Origin: the human T2T-CHM13v2.0 reference genome, Homo sapiens
Assembly (NCBI RefSeq): GCF_009914755.1
Contig: NC_060927.1
Strand: one strand, 5' to 3'
Length of the DNA: 64,000 bases
Part shown: positions 12,900 to 26,351 of the stretch, piece by piece
Position numbering within the stretch: position 1 is the stretch's first letter
How the letters are laid out: each line of letters starts with the position of its first letter
Translations under genes and position numbers: made by a program
The notes under the pieces: model-generated
Told to the model about the DNA's origin: nothing
The model's input: only the letters and a program-made list of their open reading frames with translations
Databases searched by the model: none

Positions 12900-14450
12900 A
12901 TTTAGGCTACCATTTTCCCAGCACTTTTTACAAGGTCCTTAATTATGCTTTGAAATTTTACTTTACAAACTATTACTTTTTAATGAGAGAGCTCATTATT
13001 TTCCATTGGCAGTACTTCATTGCCAAGAGCTACCATTTCATAGGAGGTGGACAGGCTTTAATTTCAGCAGCAGCACAAGGCTCCACTATGTTTTTCTGTT
13101 CATATTGGCCCAAATTCTCTGTCCTTTCCCCCTGCTGCCAAAATAAACATTTCTCCCCAATAGGCATACACTCTCAACCCTTGGAACTCAAAGCAGCTAT
13201 CGGGAGCCTACAAATTAACCTGTTCGGCCTCCACTAACAGATGCCACGCTGGCGCTGGGCACTTCAGCCAAACTCATGGGATTTATAACATTAAGAGTAA
13301 GTGCAAAAACTACAAGCATTCAAAAGACACTCATTTTATTTAACTGACAGATCTTGGCATTTTATGAAAAAAATGGAAGCACAAAACCCTTTCTCATTAC
13401 CCTTCTCAAGTGATTTTTCCTTTTTCCGAGTACAATGCTCTTTTCAGTAAGTCCCAAATGAACACAACAACCAGATGTGACCAGAAAAACTACAAGAGGC
13501 ACCATAAAAATGCATTATGATAAATGCCACCCAAAGCTTCAGGACCCAGGGGACTTTTCTCAAAGTCACTGCCCACCGCACGCTTACAACACATGCACTG
13601 TGAGAATGGAGGGAGACCCATAGGCAGATAAGACTTGTGGACATCGTGTGCCTTGCAATATGAGTCATTCAAGAGGTGCGGCTGGTGCAACAGCAACAGC
13701 ATGTTTTGGAAAGTGGATTCAAAGCAGGAGAATATGTTTGCTATCTTAATGCCATAAAAAGAAAAAAAAGTACAACACCCCAGGCTTTTAGGAGCCAGGA
13801 GAGGGGTGGAGTGTGCAGTGTCTGATGCAAAATCCTTTTAAAGACTGCCCATTTTTCCTTATTCTTTTATTTCCTGGTGATAGAATAGAAAGCACTCCGT
13901 GGCATGCAACTGACACGTCATTTTATGCATCCAAGTGCTTTATTTGCTTAACTGTTTTTTTTCCAGCAATTTAAATAAATCACAGAGATGGAATTAGATT
14001 TTCCTGAAGAGCTAGAGAAAGGCAATGAGAGGCTGAGTCACAGTTAATTTCTACTGAGTTGATAGAAATTTCACTCCCTCCATTTAGGTGAGACTCATGT
14101 AGTTTGGAAAGTAACGTCTGGCATCTTATCAGCCTACTATAAAGGCTGCTTAAGCTCCTGACTAATGAGGCTCTGAAACGTTTCTAATGAATGATGGGGG
14201 GTGGAGTATGAAATGCCCTCATGTTTATTCATTTCTTCCTTGTAATGCAGGCTGATAGACCGACTAAAAGATTGAACACTTAAATAATTAACTCATTTAA
14301 AGTGTGAATTATATGCATGATTTGCCTGACATGCAACTTGTGAAGTGGAACACACAGTAAAATCTCTCCAGTAGAGGTGGGGAAGAGAGTAAGTTATTTT
14401 AGTTCTCGTTAATCTGGGAAGGAACATTTAGTAAGAGAATCAGACATTAA
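12900..14450. promoter_or_regulatory. Candidate enhancer (repeat-free; AP-1/ARE/GATA motifs)
   Basis: No recognisable repeat; AGATAAG 13626, TGAGTCA 13661 and 14034, TGACACGTCA 13911, CTTATC 14125; retained CpGs. Confidence 0.35.
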
Positions 14451-14499
14451 AAGGAATGGAGAAGCAGTGGATCAGATACTCAATTTTCTTCCTACAGAA

Positions 14500-15129
14500 C
14501 AGTGCTGGCAACATTTTTCTGTAAAGTACCAAATAGTTAATATTTTAGGCTTTGCATGATGCATGGTCTCTGTTGCCTCTACTCAGTTCTGACAGTAAAG
14601 CAGCTATAGTCACAGGTAACTGAATGGGTGTGGCTATGCTGCAATAGAATGCAATTTATGGGCATTTATATTGAGTTTCATGTAATGTTGATGTGTCACA
14701 AAACCTTGTCTTCTGACTTTTTCCACTACTTAAAAATGTAGAAAACAGGCCGGGTGTGATGGCTCATGCCTGTAATCCCAGCACTTTGGGAGGCCGAGGC
14801 GGGGGTGGGTCACCTAAAGTCAGGAGTTCGAGACCAGCCTCGCCAACATGGTGAAAAACCATCTCTACTAAAAATACAAAAGGTAGCCAAGCATGCTGGC
14901 ACACATCTATAATCCCAGCTACTCAGGGGGCTGAGGCACAAGAATCACTTGAACCTGGTAGGTGGAAGTTGCAGTGAGCTGAGATCGTGCCACTGCTGCA
15001 CTCCAGCCTGGGTGACAGTGAGACTCCATCTCAAAAAAAAATAAATAAATAAAAGTAGAAAAAACATTCTTAGCTCATGAGCAGGACAAAAACAGTCAGT
15101 GGACCTATGGGTAGTAGTTTGAGATCTTG
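14500..15129 (+). mobile_element. MER58B-like hAT-Charlie MITE split by an Alu
   Basis: ggcaacatttttctgtaaag..aaatagttaatattttaggcttt ... tgggtgtggct; resumes after the Alu with cattcttagctcatgagc. Confidence 0.75.
14748..15054 (+). mobile_element. AluSx-like
   Basis: Full dimer; degenerate TSD aaaa(t)gtagaaaa on both sides. Confidence 0.93.
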
Positions 15130-15439
15130 CTTTAGAAAGCTGAATATATATTTCTCCATTTAGTTATGGGATAACTATGTCCAGGGCTTGAGGTTACGAT
15201 GGAGATTTATAAAATTGTAGAATGCTAGGTTGAAATGGCCTTTAGAGATTTCCCAGTCCAACATCCTTACTTTAATAATCATCACCAGCACTTCTAGTTC
15301 ACTATCTATGGTAGAGCATGTATGTGATAGTACAGTACAAAGAACGGCATATCTTTGGTGATTTTGCTTTGTTTAGGATCTGTTTCTTAACCTTGCAAAT
15401 CCATTAATGCTTACCATTGCTTTTGTTAGGTGAGGCTGA

Positions 15440-15780
15440 TTCATTGTTACTCAAAGTTGTAACCTTTTTGAAGCCATTTTCCCCTTCATAGTCTTATGAA
15501 GTCTGAACATCTCTTCTCAGGATAATTTTTTAAAGGCATAAAATGCACTTGCCAGTGATTGTTTATGAAGTTAAAATACAGTTATAAAGTTATAAACAAT
15601 GTGTGCTATGGTAATATATGCTTCTTTATTAACCCTGTAAGTAACAGGATCTAGGGAAATAGTGATAAATATAAATATTTTGTAAATAATATATTATGTC
15701 ACAATGTGATATGACAATATTTGTGATTTGTTTTGTAAAGAAAGTCTCAGGTATTGTTAAATTCTCATACAATAGTGAAG
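15440..15780. mobile_element. Probable hAT-Charlie fragment
   Basis: ccccttcatagtcttatgaagtc..ttctcaggataat, atggtaatatatgcttctttattaac resemble Charlie-family internal sequence; recall only. Confidence 0.4.
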
Positions 15781-16252
15781 TATATAAACCAGAATCCTAA
15801 TGTATTAATTCTCAATGAGACATATAAATATCAAACACAAGTCGTCTTCATATTATCTTTACTTCATGGTTCATTCTGCAGATCAAATTCATATGAAGCT
15901 AGAGCATGGGGAGTTCTTTACAAGAAAGAAAGTAAGCAAAGGTGGTTGCTTACATGCTTCAAATAAATGAATTCCTTTATCTCCATAGGTGGAGATACCT
16001 AGACACAAGATCTGCTTAGATTTTCCGGTTGTCCTCTTCACTAGGCAGTATTTGGATGGACACTGCCAGTATTTGCTACTATGATAGCTTTTATTTTATT
16101 CCTTTTTGGAAACAACTACTCTGAGTGACACAATTTTTTCTTTCCATAACAATTTCCCTTTGGTTCATCCCCGTCTATAGTAAGCCTCCCAACAGTTTCT
16201 GGAATCCTTCTGTAGGTACCTTGCAGTTGCTCCCAAACAAGAGCCCCCTTCC

Positions 16253-16744
16253 TGTGTTACATGGCAAAAGTGACCATAAATATGTATGCACACACATGCA
16301 CACACACACCTTCTTTTTCTGCATTATTAGTGCCCACCCCTTCCACCCCTGCTCATACACATTGATTCTTTATTGGCTATGTGATTTGCTTTGGCCAGTG
16401 GGACATGAACAAACATGACACAAGCAGGGCCTTAAAAAACCCTTGCATTTTGGTTCTTGCTTCCCTGTTCTTCTTGAAACCTGGGAAACCTTACATGGGC
16501 AAGTCAGGGTTTGCCATCTGGGTGATAGGGGGCATATAGCCTGTTACTGTGAGAGCATCCTAAACCATGCAGCTCCTGGCCAAGCCACACAAAGAGTGAG
16601 CCCAATAGACATCAGCTGAACCTGCATCAAATCAGTAGAACCTCCCAACTGTTGCTCAAGCTCCAGAGTAATAGTAAATGTCTGTTGTTTTAAGCCTTTA
16701 TGTTGTGCGATGGTTTGTTCTGCAGCAAAGACTAACTGCTTACA
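16253..16744 (+). mobile_element. MaLR solo LTR (MLT1G/H-like)
   Basis: gctatgtgatttgctttggccagtggga ... tgttgttttaagcc ... tggtttgttctgcagcaaagactaactgcttaca. Confidence 0.75.
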
Positions 16745-17164
16745 ATATCACTCTCTTTATTCTCCTGATCCATGTCTTTCCAGTGATATTGCCTCCAAGT
16801 TTATGAAGATATCGTTGTGCTCTGAAGGCAGTTTCCTTAAATACAAAATTCCTTCCCAAACTTTGCCCAGCATCTCTCAGTATGACTTAAATTCTCTCAC
16901 TGAGATCCCAGAAAAGTTGCCTCAAGCATCCCAAACCTTACACAGATATTGTGTCCAAATAACCTAGTGGTTTAATTCTAAAATGTATCTCTTCTGTTAT
17001 GAGGAAGGAACATGATAGTATAGTAAATTCCCTCTTTAGAGGCATTTGACTATGGAAAAATGCATAGCAAAGAGAAGGTAAAGCTTTGTGCCCCAGCTGC
17101 CATAATCTTGGTGCTGGTCCCAGCACTAGGCAGGGCATTGTATTTATCAATATTTGCTAGGACT

Positions 17165-17742
17165 CTAGCAAGACATTGTTGGTTGCCATCCCAACAGCCA
17201 TTTCTCTCCTTTTTATCTTACTGATACAGCCCAGGTTTTGTTCAGGTGCCTCCACAGAGCTACGTGTTCACTAATGAGTTCCTGTCTTGCCCTAGCGGGG
17301 TGAGTCATGATTGTTCTGAGTCAGAATAAGTCTAAGTCAAGCATGGTGCCTCACCTCCTTGCCAACGATTGGTTCCCATGGTCATGTGATCCAATCCTGA
17401 TTAGTGGCTGCTAGAGGAATTCTGCTAGTGTGCTCCTGGGAAAGGTGTCCTCACTAATCCAAGGGAATACACAGGAGGGAAGTTCCTGTTTTTAGCTAAG
17501 CACAGTCCTGTTTGCAAATGATGCCTAGCCCTGTGAAAACATTTGCAACCATGAGGAATAGATTGCTGACATGCTGGAGATGGTACATTAGCACCTGGGT
17601 CCTTAATGACATGGCTGACCTGCTGAATTAACCACAGATGAGTGCTCCCTCTGGATTTTATATAATGTGAAATAAAAGTTTTAAGCCATTTTTAGTCAAG
17701 TTTCTGTTAATTGAAGCTGAAAGTGTCTTAACTGGTGATGCA
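17165..17742 (+). mobile_element. Old MaLR solo LTR (MLT1J/K-like)
   Basis: ggtcatgtgatccaatcctg, tgcaaccatgag, cctgggtccttaatgacat, aataaaagttttaagcca, ttgaagctgaaag. Confidence 0.7.
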
Positions 17743-18489
17743 ACACAGTACTCTGAGTTTGCAGAAAGAGTTTTGCCTGTGGGGGAGACTGCCACTTCCT
17801 TAACACTTTAATTAAATGGCATAAAATATATCTCCTTTCATTTCAAGCATGGTTAAAGAAACAACAAACAACTTATGAGACCAGAGATCTTATGAATCCA
17901 CGTAATTTAATTTCTGGGGTGAGCTGCACAGCCACAGGCTTGATATTAATGAATGCAAAAAGGAACCTGAAACCTTTTGTTACACAGAAGCCATCTTTGG
18001 ACACCAGGGTGAGAGACACAGGTACTAATAAGCAGAAGACCTCTGTTTCAATAGTATGAGAAAAAGAGGAGCAACACAGAAAATTGAGAAAAGGAAGCCT
18101 CACTTAATTTAACTGACTGAGATACACATCAGCAATGATTTAGAACAGCTTACGAAGTACCTACTCAATGGCTACTTCGCTATAGAAATAAATCAAGAAA
18201 AGATGTGCCCTGCTCCAGAGACTTTATTTTTAAAAAGAATTTGAGATATGAGAAGAAAACCGTGGTATTATTAAGTGCACGTTTTACAATCTGCGTTTCT
18301 CTCCATGGTTCTATCCCATCTCTGAGTAGGATTATGAAATCAAAGAGGAGTTACTAAGGGGAGGGAAAGGAAGCTAGAAAACTGGATATGGGAAGTAAAA
18401 GTCTAGAAAATAGGAAAGCAGAAAAACAAGAACGAAATAAACTAGTGGAAAGACATGAGAGAGAGAATTCGGAAGAGTGGGCAAGAAGG

Positions 18490-19000
<511 letters not shown>

Positions 19001-19699
19001 TACCACAAATAAAACATCTTTGAGTATAGAAAGTGGGCTGCAAAGTCAGGAAGACAGGAGGAGAACAATAAAACCTGTTCTAAATAAAACCTATTTCTAG
19101 AATCCTTTATGCTGTATGTGAAACAAGAGACCAAACCAGCAGACTGATCTGGCGCAGTGAGTGCCATAAAGGTGGGAAGGGGAAGTGTCTGGCATGAAGC
19201 AAAGGGAAAGAAAGATGGGTTTTGGGGAGATGCACATTGAATACGAATGTGGTTTTGAGTAATTCAGATTCACTGGAAGGGGCTCTGCTATGAGAAGGGA
19301 GACAGAAAAATGGCAGAGGCTGAAAGATGTTCTTGGATTGAGGGCATGGGGGTATCATCAGCTGCATCAGTGACTTGATACCTGAGATTGTCCCACATGA
19401 TCAGTAAGAAGAGGGAGACAGAAAAATACCTGGCTGAGTGGTGCTTCTGTGAGGTACCACAGTTTTTATATCTGCAACACAGACCTGTTGGATTCTCTTG
19501 GTCCCTATCTAGAGCTGAGCTTTCTGCCCAAGATGGAAGAAACTTCCCACGAGATAACATATCCCAAGTGCAAAGGGAATATGCTTCTGCCTGCATTTGC
19601 TGGGTTAGTTCTTCCTGGGGCAGGCGGCCAGCCAAGAGGTGTTGCCACATGCTACCAGAGCAGAAAGCAGATGGTGATCAGGAGAAACTCCAGAACCTC

Positions 19700-20640
19700 A
19701 GTCGCATATGACCTCTATCTGCCAGACCATTTAGCTTGGGTATTTTGCACACACCTTACATTCAATATGTTCCAAACTGAACTCATTTTCTTTCCCCTTT
19801 TCCTGCTCTTTCTTATCTTCCTATCCATAGGTAGTGACATGAAGACATGTATGCCAGAAACCATGGCATCATCCTGGACTTGACTCTTTTCTCTCCTCCT
19901 CTAACATAAGACGATTCCCTCTAAGCTTATCTCTTCAGCCATTCTCTCATGTATTAACTCCTTCATGCTCACAGTCACTGCCCTGTGTCAGATCCTCACC
20001 ATAGCTCATCTGGACCCTTCCAGCTGGTCCCTTCCTTCTAGCCTCGTACCTTTTAAGCCCACCCCACACCCTGCCTAGAGTGAACTTTCTACCACACACT
20101 CTTACTTTGATGAGTAGTTCATGACCCACAGAATCAAGCTCAAGTTCATTAGCTTTTCTGCATAGTACATGAGTCTCTCCAATAACTGGCCTTAAGTACT
20201 TCTTAACCCTTATCTCTTCCTACACCGCTTTGAATGTTATTATTTAGCAGTACCCAACAGCTTGTGGTTCTCAGAACACACCATATGGGTTAATACCTTA
20301 GTCTTCGTTGATGCCTGCATGCCTTTCTCATCTTCACTACCTCGCTAGCACTTTAGTCACCCTCTCCAGTATCCAGGATATCAGTTGTCTTCTTCAGGAT
20401 TCGCGAACGGGAGATGAGGCTAAGTGCTGCCCACCCTCCCTTTCTTGTGTGCTAAAACTGGAACCCTCATTATCTTTCTAATTTAACATATTGAAATTAT
20501 CTGTTTCTGTATTTTCTTCTCTCAGATGACTAAAGAATTCTCAATGGCAGGGCCCAGGACTTGTTTAGTTTTGAATCCTGAAGTACTTAAAGTAACTGGC
20601 ACACATTAGGGAGATAATAAGGGTTTATTAAACCAAATGA
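19700..20640 (+). mobile_element. L2, 3' portion
   Basis: cattcaatatgttccaaactgaactca, ccagaaaccatggcatcatcctggact, ends tggcacacattagg ... tttattaaac. Confidence 0.75.
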
Positions 20641-21519
20641 AAATTATCTTACACTGACCAGAGTTTTCTCTGTCTTCACTGTGAATGTTTAACACGCTTC
20701 ATAAATATACTTTGACCTGGAGGGATACCCCCAGGTTGGTGACCTAGACAATACTTGTTGCACTGTCCAATTGATCTTCAACTTCTTGTTTTAAAAGAAT
20801 CAGGCAAAGGTATTCTTTTTACAAATTCTTTTTGTTAATTGTGCAGATAGAATCTGGGGGGCTAGTGTCTAAGTCATTCCAAAAGAATATGCAGCAGTTA
20901 TTTCTTTGCTAAATTACCATATAAAAATTGAACTCAAAATTGACCTCCATGGAATATCATTTTGAGGTCGCTCTATATCTCCTTGTTTCTTTCTTCTCGT
21001 TCACATCGAAAAGCTAGTCAGAGACTTCCCACACTGCAGACTAAGTGTAGAGTTGGCAGACTAGTCTTGAGAGCTTTAACAATCTGCAAAAATATATTTT
21101 CTTGAATTTTCAAAGGATGGATGTACATTCTTTAGACCTGTTGATAAAGCACAAGAGCCCTAGGGACTGAGTTTTAGAGCTTACTAAGCAGATGACTTAC
21201 AGCAATCATACTTTCCTTGATACCAAGGATAGTTAAAAAACTGATGTTTTTCTCTTGCAAAAATGTACTTTTGCAAAAGATGATACTGGAAGAAATGAAT
21301 TTTGTACAGTTTATGCCACAGGCATACCTGTAAGGTATTTTTTCCCATTTTATTTAGAAAGGTTGTCTTTTTGCTGTTCTACGTGTATACTTTTGACTGG
21401 TTTCTTAATAGGTGTGAAATTATAACAACGATTATGCAACCAGAGTAGTGAGTGCCCTGTATGTATATGGATCTAATAAATGCTGGTGTTGGCAGTGCAG
21501 TGTTTTTACCTCTCTCATC

Positions 21520-21690
21520 ACAGTGGGAAAAAAGTATTGAAGATAGAAGACCTCATTTCAGCCCTGATTTCTACAGCTAATAGGCTAGGTGCTCTTAGCA
21601 AAGCCAGCAGTATTCTCTGGGTCTCAGTTTTCTCATTTGTAAAATGCAGGGATTGAATTTATGGCCTGAAAATCCTCTCTCTAGCTACAT
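21520..21690 (+). mobile_element. MIR
   Basis: Core tctctgggtctcagttttctcatttgtaaaatg. Confidence 0.7.
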
Positions 21691-21894
21691 AATTGTATAA
21701 TATAACAATATATTATAGGTTTTTAATGAATGATAGATTCTTGATCACTTTATTTTTTCCTTTTCTACTTTTCTATGTTTTCCAATTTTTCTTAGTATTT
21801 TTTACAGGCTTGTTCTAGGCAACAACGTAATAATATATGGAATTACATTGTTTCTCTGAAAAAAAAATAAATAACATTATGTAAATATCCAGTA

Positions 21895-22090
21895 TAGTTG
21901 CCATTGATACCAAGCATTGTCACATAAATTATTTAATTATCACATCTACACTGGGAGTTAGAGATTATTATCACACTTAGAATGAGGAACCTAAGGCAAA
22001 GAGAGATAAAATAACTTTCTAAATACAACTAGTAAATTACAGAACCAGGATGTTAAGCTCTACATACAGCTTCCTAGCAGATCATACTGC
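21895..22090 (-). mobile_element. MIR
   Basis: atgaggaacctaaggcaaagagag ... acaactagtaaattacagaaccagga. Confidence 0.6.
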
Positions 22091-22559
22091 TTCTGCTTAA
22101 ACTGTCTTAAGAAAATGACAATTCCTTATAAGTGTTTTAAAATCAAATATGAGGAACTGGGGAATAAAAAGGCAGTTTGCTGGACTATTAAGAACAATGT
22201 TAAAAGAAGTCGTGATTAAAACACTTTAGGGTATTTTCTGTTTTCTAGTGGTTAAATTTTAACATTTACCAATGTCATAGCTGCCTAAAAGTACTTTTGC
22301 CATCTGCTTTTTAAAATCTCCATCTTCTGGCTGTCCGTTTTGAATCAAGTAGTATGTGCAAGTCTCATCATCAGTGATGCATGTTATGCTTTCTATGAGC
22401 CGCTGATCGCCATCAATCCAGCCTCTCTTCTAGCTGCTGCCCAGCATCAGTAGTAGATTTCAAGCAAAACTCGGCAGACTTGGCCTACCACCAATTCACG
22501 CTGCCTGACTTTAATTGCTTCTTAATCCTTTCATTAATCTCTCGTTGATCCTCTAACAC

Positions 22560-23510
22560 AGTCTGCACAAGAGCTGTTCAAAACCTTCATTCACTTCCAA
22601 GTCCTGGTCCCATCCTTCCCTCTCATTATGAGGTGGATAGTTTCCCTTCTTTATCATGAAGTTGGAGACTATAAGCTATTTTTCTTAACCTACTCTCCTC
22701 TACATGTCCTTTTGTCTTTTTTTTTTTTTTTTTTAACAATCGATGAATAAAAAGCATCTTTCTCTAGGGCTAATGCTTCCACTTGAGCCCCAGATGTCAT
22801 ACCTTAATCACCTCTCTCTTCCCAGCATCATTAGTCTCTTTTCTCTCTATTGTACCCTTCACTTCCACAATGTTGAACTATACATTCTTTGACTCCGCAC
22901 TCTGCCTCCCCCAGCTTACATTAGACATTTCTCCTTTATCTTCCAAAAATTGTTGTATTTGTCCATATTCAATATCTACAAATTTTCACCATCCATTCTT
23001 TCTTTAACTTCTTACAGTATTGATTTTGATGCTTCATACTCTATTGAAGCTACTCTCTCAAAAGGCCTCAGGGACCATTTTTCATTTTCTTATGAAATAT
23101 AATGATCTTTTATAGTTCTTGCTCTTTTTGACGTCTCTTAAGCATTTGACTTGTTTGTTACTTTCCTTTTTCATAATTTTTCCCTCATTCCCAAGACATT
23201 TTCATGACTCCTCTGCTCTTTTGTGGGTTTTCTTTTCAACATCTCTATGTTCTTCTGTTATTTGATATTTCATTTATAATAAGTGACTCAAATATTTGAC
23301 AACAAAGTTGTGTCTTTTTTCTAAATTTTAATTGTAAGTTATTAAAATGTTCTATTAGTTTCAATGCCTCAAATACACTGTATCCCGAGAAAATTTCATT
23401 GTCCTCATAAGTTTTCTCTTTTCCTCATGTCTTGTATTATAGAAATAGCACTACCAATGCTCCATTTCACTAAGCTCCTCTTCATCTAAATTCAATCAAT
23501 TCAATAATAT
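22560..23510 (+). mobile_element. Highly diverged L2
   Basis: Pyrimidine-rich tract with ctattgaagctactctctcaaa, tctcttaagcatttgac, gtgactcaaatattt. Confidence 0.55.
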
Positions 23511-23522
23511 AATTTGACAATT

Positions 23523-23998
23523 ATATTAGTGTTCTATGTTGCATAACAAATTACCACAAATTTAGCAGCTTAAAAAAAACTATTATCTCATTTTTTTTTC
23601 TGGGCCAGGTGTCCAGGCATGGCTTAACTGAATCCTCTGCTTGAGGTTGCATAAGGCTGCACTGAAGATGTTGGCTGTGTGTGAGGTCTCATCTGAATGC
23701 TCCACTGGGAAAGGATCCACTTCTCAGCTCCCACAGGTTGTTCATAGAATTTTTTTATTGCTTTTTAGCTTTAGAACTAATAGTGGCTTCCTTCTTAAAG
23801 GCTAGTGTGAGAGTGAATCTTCTAGGAGATCTATATCTATCTCTCTATCTATTAATCTATTATCTATATGAATCAAGAAAGTGACATTCAATCACGCTTA
23901 CCATATTCCACTGGCTGGAGGCAAGTCATAGGTCCTGCCCACTCTCAAGAGATATACAGGCATATCACCAAGGGTATCTTAGAATTTTGCCAGCCACA
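23523..23998 (-). mobile_element. MaLR solo LTR (MLT1E-like)
   Basis: gttgcataacaaattaccacaaatttagcagcttaaa start; gcaagtcataggtcctgcccactctcaaga; ends tcttagaattttgccagccaca. Confidence 0.8.
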
Positions 23999-24235
23999 TT
24001 GTTCTTTGTAGAGGACTCAGGCAAGGGAAAGAAGTGCCTTTTACTCATGCTATAGGAATGATTTTGGAGCTAAATTAAATAAACACAAACATGCACAAAA
24101 GGTGCTTTAGTTTACTCTTGGGACCCTAGGGAGAGAATAACATTGAATTTGGAAAAACAGACAAGAAGGAAGAGTAGGAGGTGAGGCTGGCTCAAAGAGG
24201 AGTTGCCATAAACATTTTCCTAATATGGCCTAACT

Positions 24236-24562
24236 CAGTGCTTAAACAACCTGTGGTCATGGACCAGGATTTTCACTGTTGTTATTGTTTGCTTTTAATA
24301 TATCTAATCTATTGCAGACCCAAACTTTGTAAAAGTGAAAAACAAAAAGGAGTTACTGAATTATGACATAAAAAAAGAAATCAAGAGCTTACAAAATATA
24401 AGTCTGATTTCCTTATATCAGATAAAACAGACATAAAGTTACCCTGTAAATTGTTATGAAAGTTTTCAAATGCTTACTTTGAATACCTGCACTTATCTCA
24501 TTGAGGACAGGTGACAGTTTGAGGACCAGCATTGCCTACAGGCCATACTTTGAGCAGAACTG
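24236..24562 (-). mobile_element. hAT-Charlie element (Charlie18a-like)
   Basis: TIR-like ends cagtgcttaaac / ctttgagcagaactg; internal acagacataaagttaccctg, tgcacttatctc match recalled consensus. Confidence 0.7.
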
Positions 24563-24759
24563 ATCTCATTCACTCCTACAGCATGAATTCTCCCAGGTAG
24601 ATTCTCCCTTTTTCTAGATTGACGTTCAGATCCTCTTTTCTGAACTTCTTTTGTTCATTCATTCACAAATGAATTATTGAATACTTACTCTTGGTCAGGT
24701 ACCATGTTGGATGCTGGACTAGATAAAATGCTACATCAGTTGAAGTCTTATCTTTGCAC

Positions 24760-25560
24760 ATCTTAACCTCAGTGTTCAAATGATCTCAAACACAGCATGT
24801 CAAAGAGTGAATATATCTTTTCTCCAGCCTGCCACCCCTGCTGCATCCTTTAGTTTACGTGTGGCACCTCTAACTACTAGTTGCCAAAGTCACAATTTTA
24901 CCTATCCATTTCTCACTTTCTCTTACTTTCTTTCCAAAATATCACGTCTATTTATATACATCCCCAGCGCTACTACATTAGTTCAAGCATCCACATTTCT
25001 CACTAGGACCATGGTAGTGGTTAAATAATGTTCTCCTTGACATCATTCTTTCTTCTCTCCATTCAGCGATCATGGTACATTTGGGAGAATCTTTCTAAAC
25101 TCTAAACCTCATTATATCACTGCCTTGCTTAAAACCCCTCAGTGGTTCTTCATAGCTTAACAATGAACCTAACCTTTTATCAAGGTATACAATTTCCTTT
25201 ATGGGTGAATTCCTGCTTTTTCCTCTTGCCTCATGTCTCCTCAGAAGCTTTGCTCTAGCCATACTGAATTATTTGCATTTCCTAGAACTTTCCATGCTCT
25301 CTCTTGTCTCAGGGTCTTTGTGTTACTGCTTCTCCTCCTTGACACATCTTTCTCCTGATCCTTTATCTGAGTATTTCTTTTGGTTTCAGTGCTGGATCAT
25401 CTTTTTCCAGAAAAACTTCTCTGCTTCATTTCTTTTTCCTTTCTGTATTTAACCCTCATCATAGCACTGCCACATTGGCTGCTACTACAAAGAGGAATTT
25501 GCTGGTATGTTTCCATCACTAGACTGTGAATGCTTGAAATTAGAAACTCTATTACATTTT
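24760..25560 (+). mobile_element. L2, 3' portion
   Basis: tctcaaacacagcatgtcaaa, atcactgccttgcttaaaacccctcagtgg, ctagactgtgaatgcttga. Confidence 0.7.
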
Positions 25561-25969
25561 TGTTAATATTTTGAAAGGGAAAGATGAGGGAATTCTAGAT
25601 AATGGGTTATTATACACATTTTGGGGGAAAGCTTAGCCCACTGAATGTGGTCAAAAATGGCCTGTCCTTCTTCTTCTCTTGCTATCTCAGCCCCAGTTTA
25701 AGATCTCATCACAGTATACATCAAGTATCACTATAGCCTTCTAATTTCCTCTTGGTATCCACAAACTTCCTTAGTGTCCACTCACATGCATTTTCTGAGG
25801 CTTTAACTCAACATTCAGAAATTAAAAAAAATTTTTAGTTAAATGCACTTGTTTTTTCAACACATTTTTTGGAGCACCCACTCTGTGCCAGCCGTTTTTC
25901 TTGGTGCTTGGACCATACCAGCAAACAATATAGAAAAAAACATCCATGTTCTTATGAAACTTACATTCC

Positions 25970-26216
25970 CCCCATGCTGTATGTTAGATCCCCAGAGCTT
26001 GTTCATCTTATAACTGAACATTTGTATGCTTTGATCAAAATGTCCCTATTTCCCTACTACCACCCCCTTGTCAACCACCATTCTCCTCTATGTGTCTATG
26101 AGTTTGACTTTTTTAGATTCCACATGTAAATGAGATCATACAGTATTTGTCTTTTTGTGTCTGGCTTATTTTACTTAATATAACATCCTCCATTTATCCA
26201 TGTTGTTGCAAATGAT
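25970..26216 (-). mobile_element. L1MA9-like 3' fragment
   Basis: catgctgtatgttagatcccagagcttgttcatcttataactgaa ... agattccacatgtaaatgagatcatacagtatttgtc. Confidence 0.8.
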
Positions 26217-26351
26217 TTTTTTATTACATTTCTGTTCACGGAATTTATTTTTTACATTGAAATGTATATACAGTAGCTCAAATTGTATAGATGCGATCAT
26301 ATATGGCTAGTAGACAAAGTCATACGTTTGCAAGTGCTATGTCCACTTTCC

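Noticed and set aside
19288-19883. Longest ORF (144 aa) and overlapping 107-120 aa ORFs
   Set aside because: Non-ATG starts, no recognisable domain or splice structure, and the longest runs into an L2 fragment.
20400-20408. ttcgcgaac, also present at about 43042
   Set aside because: A 9-bp match is expected by chance in 64 kb; both lie in old LINEs and do not match the full TCTCGCGAGA motif.
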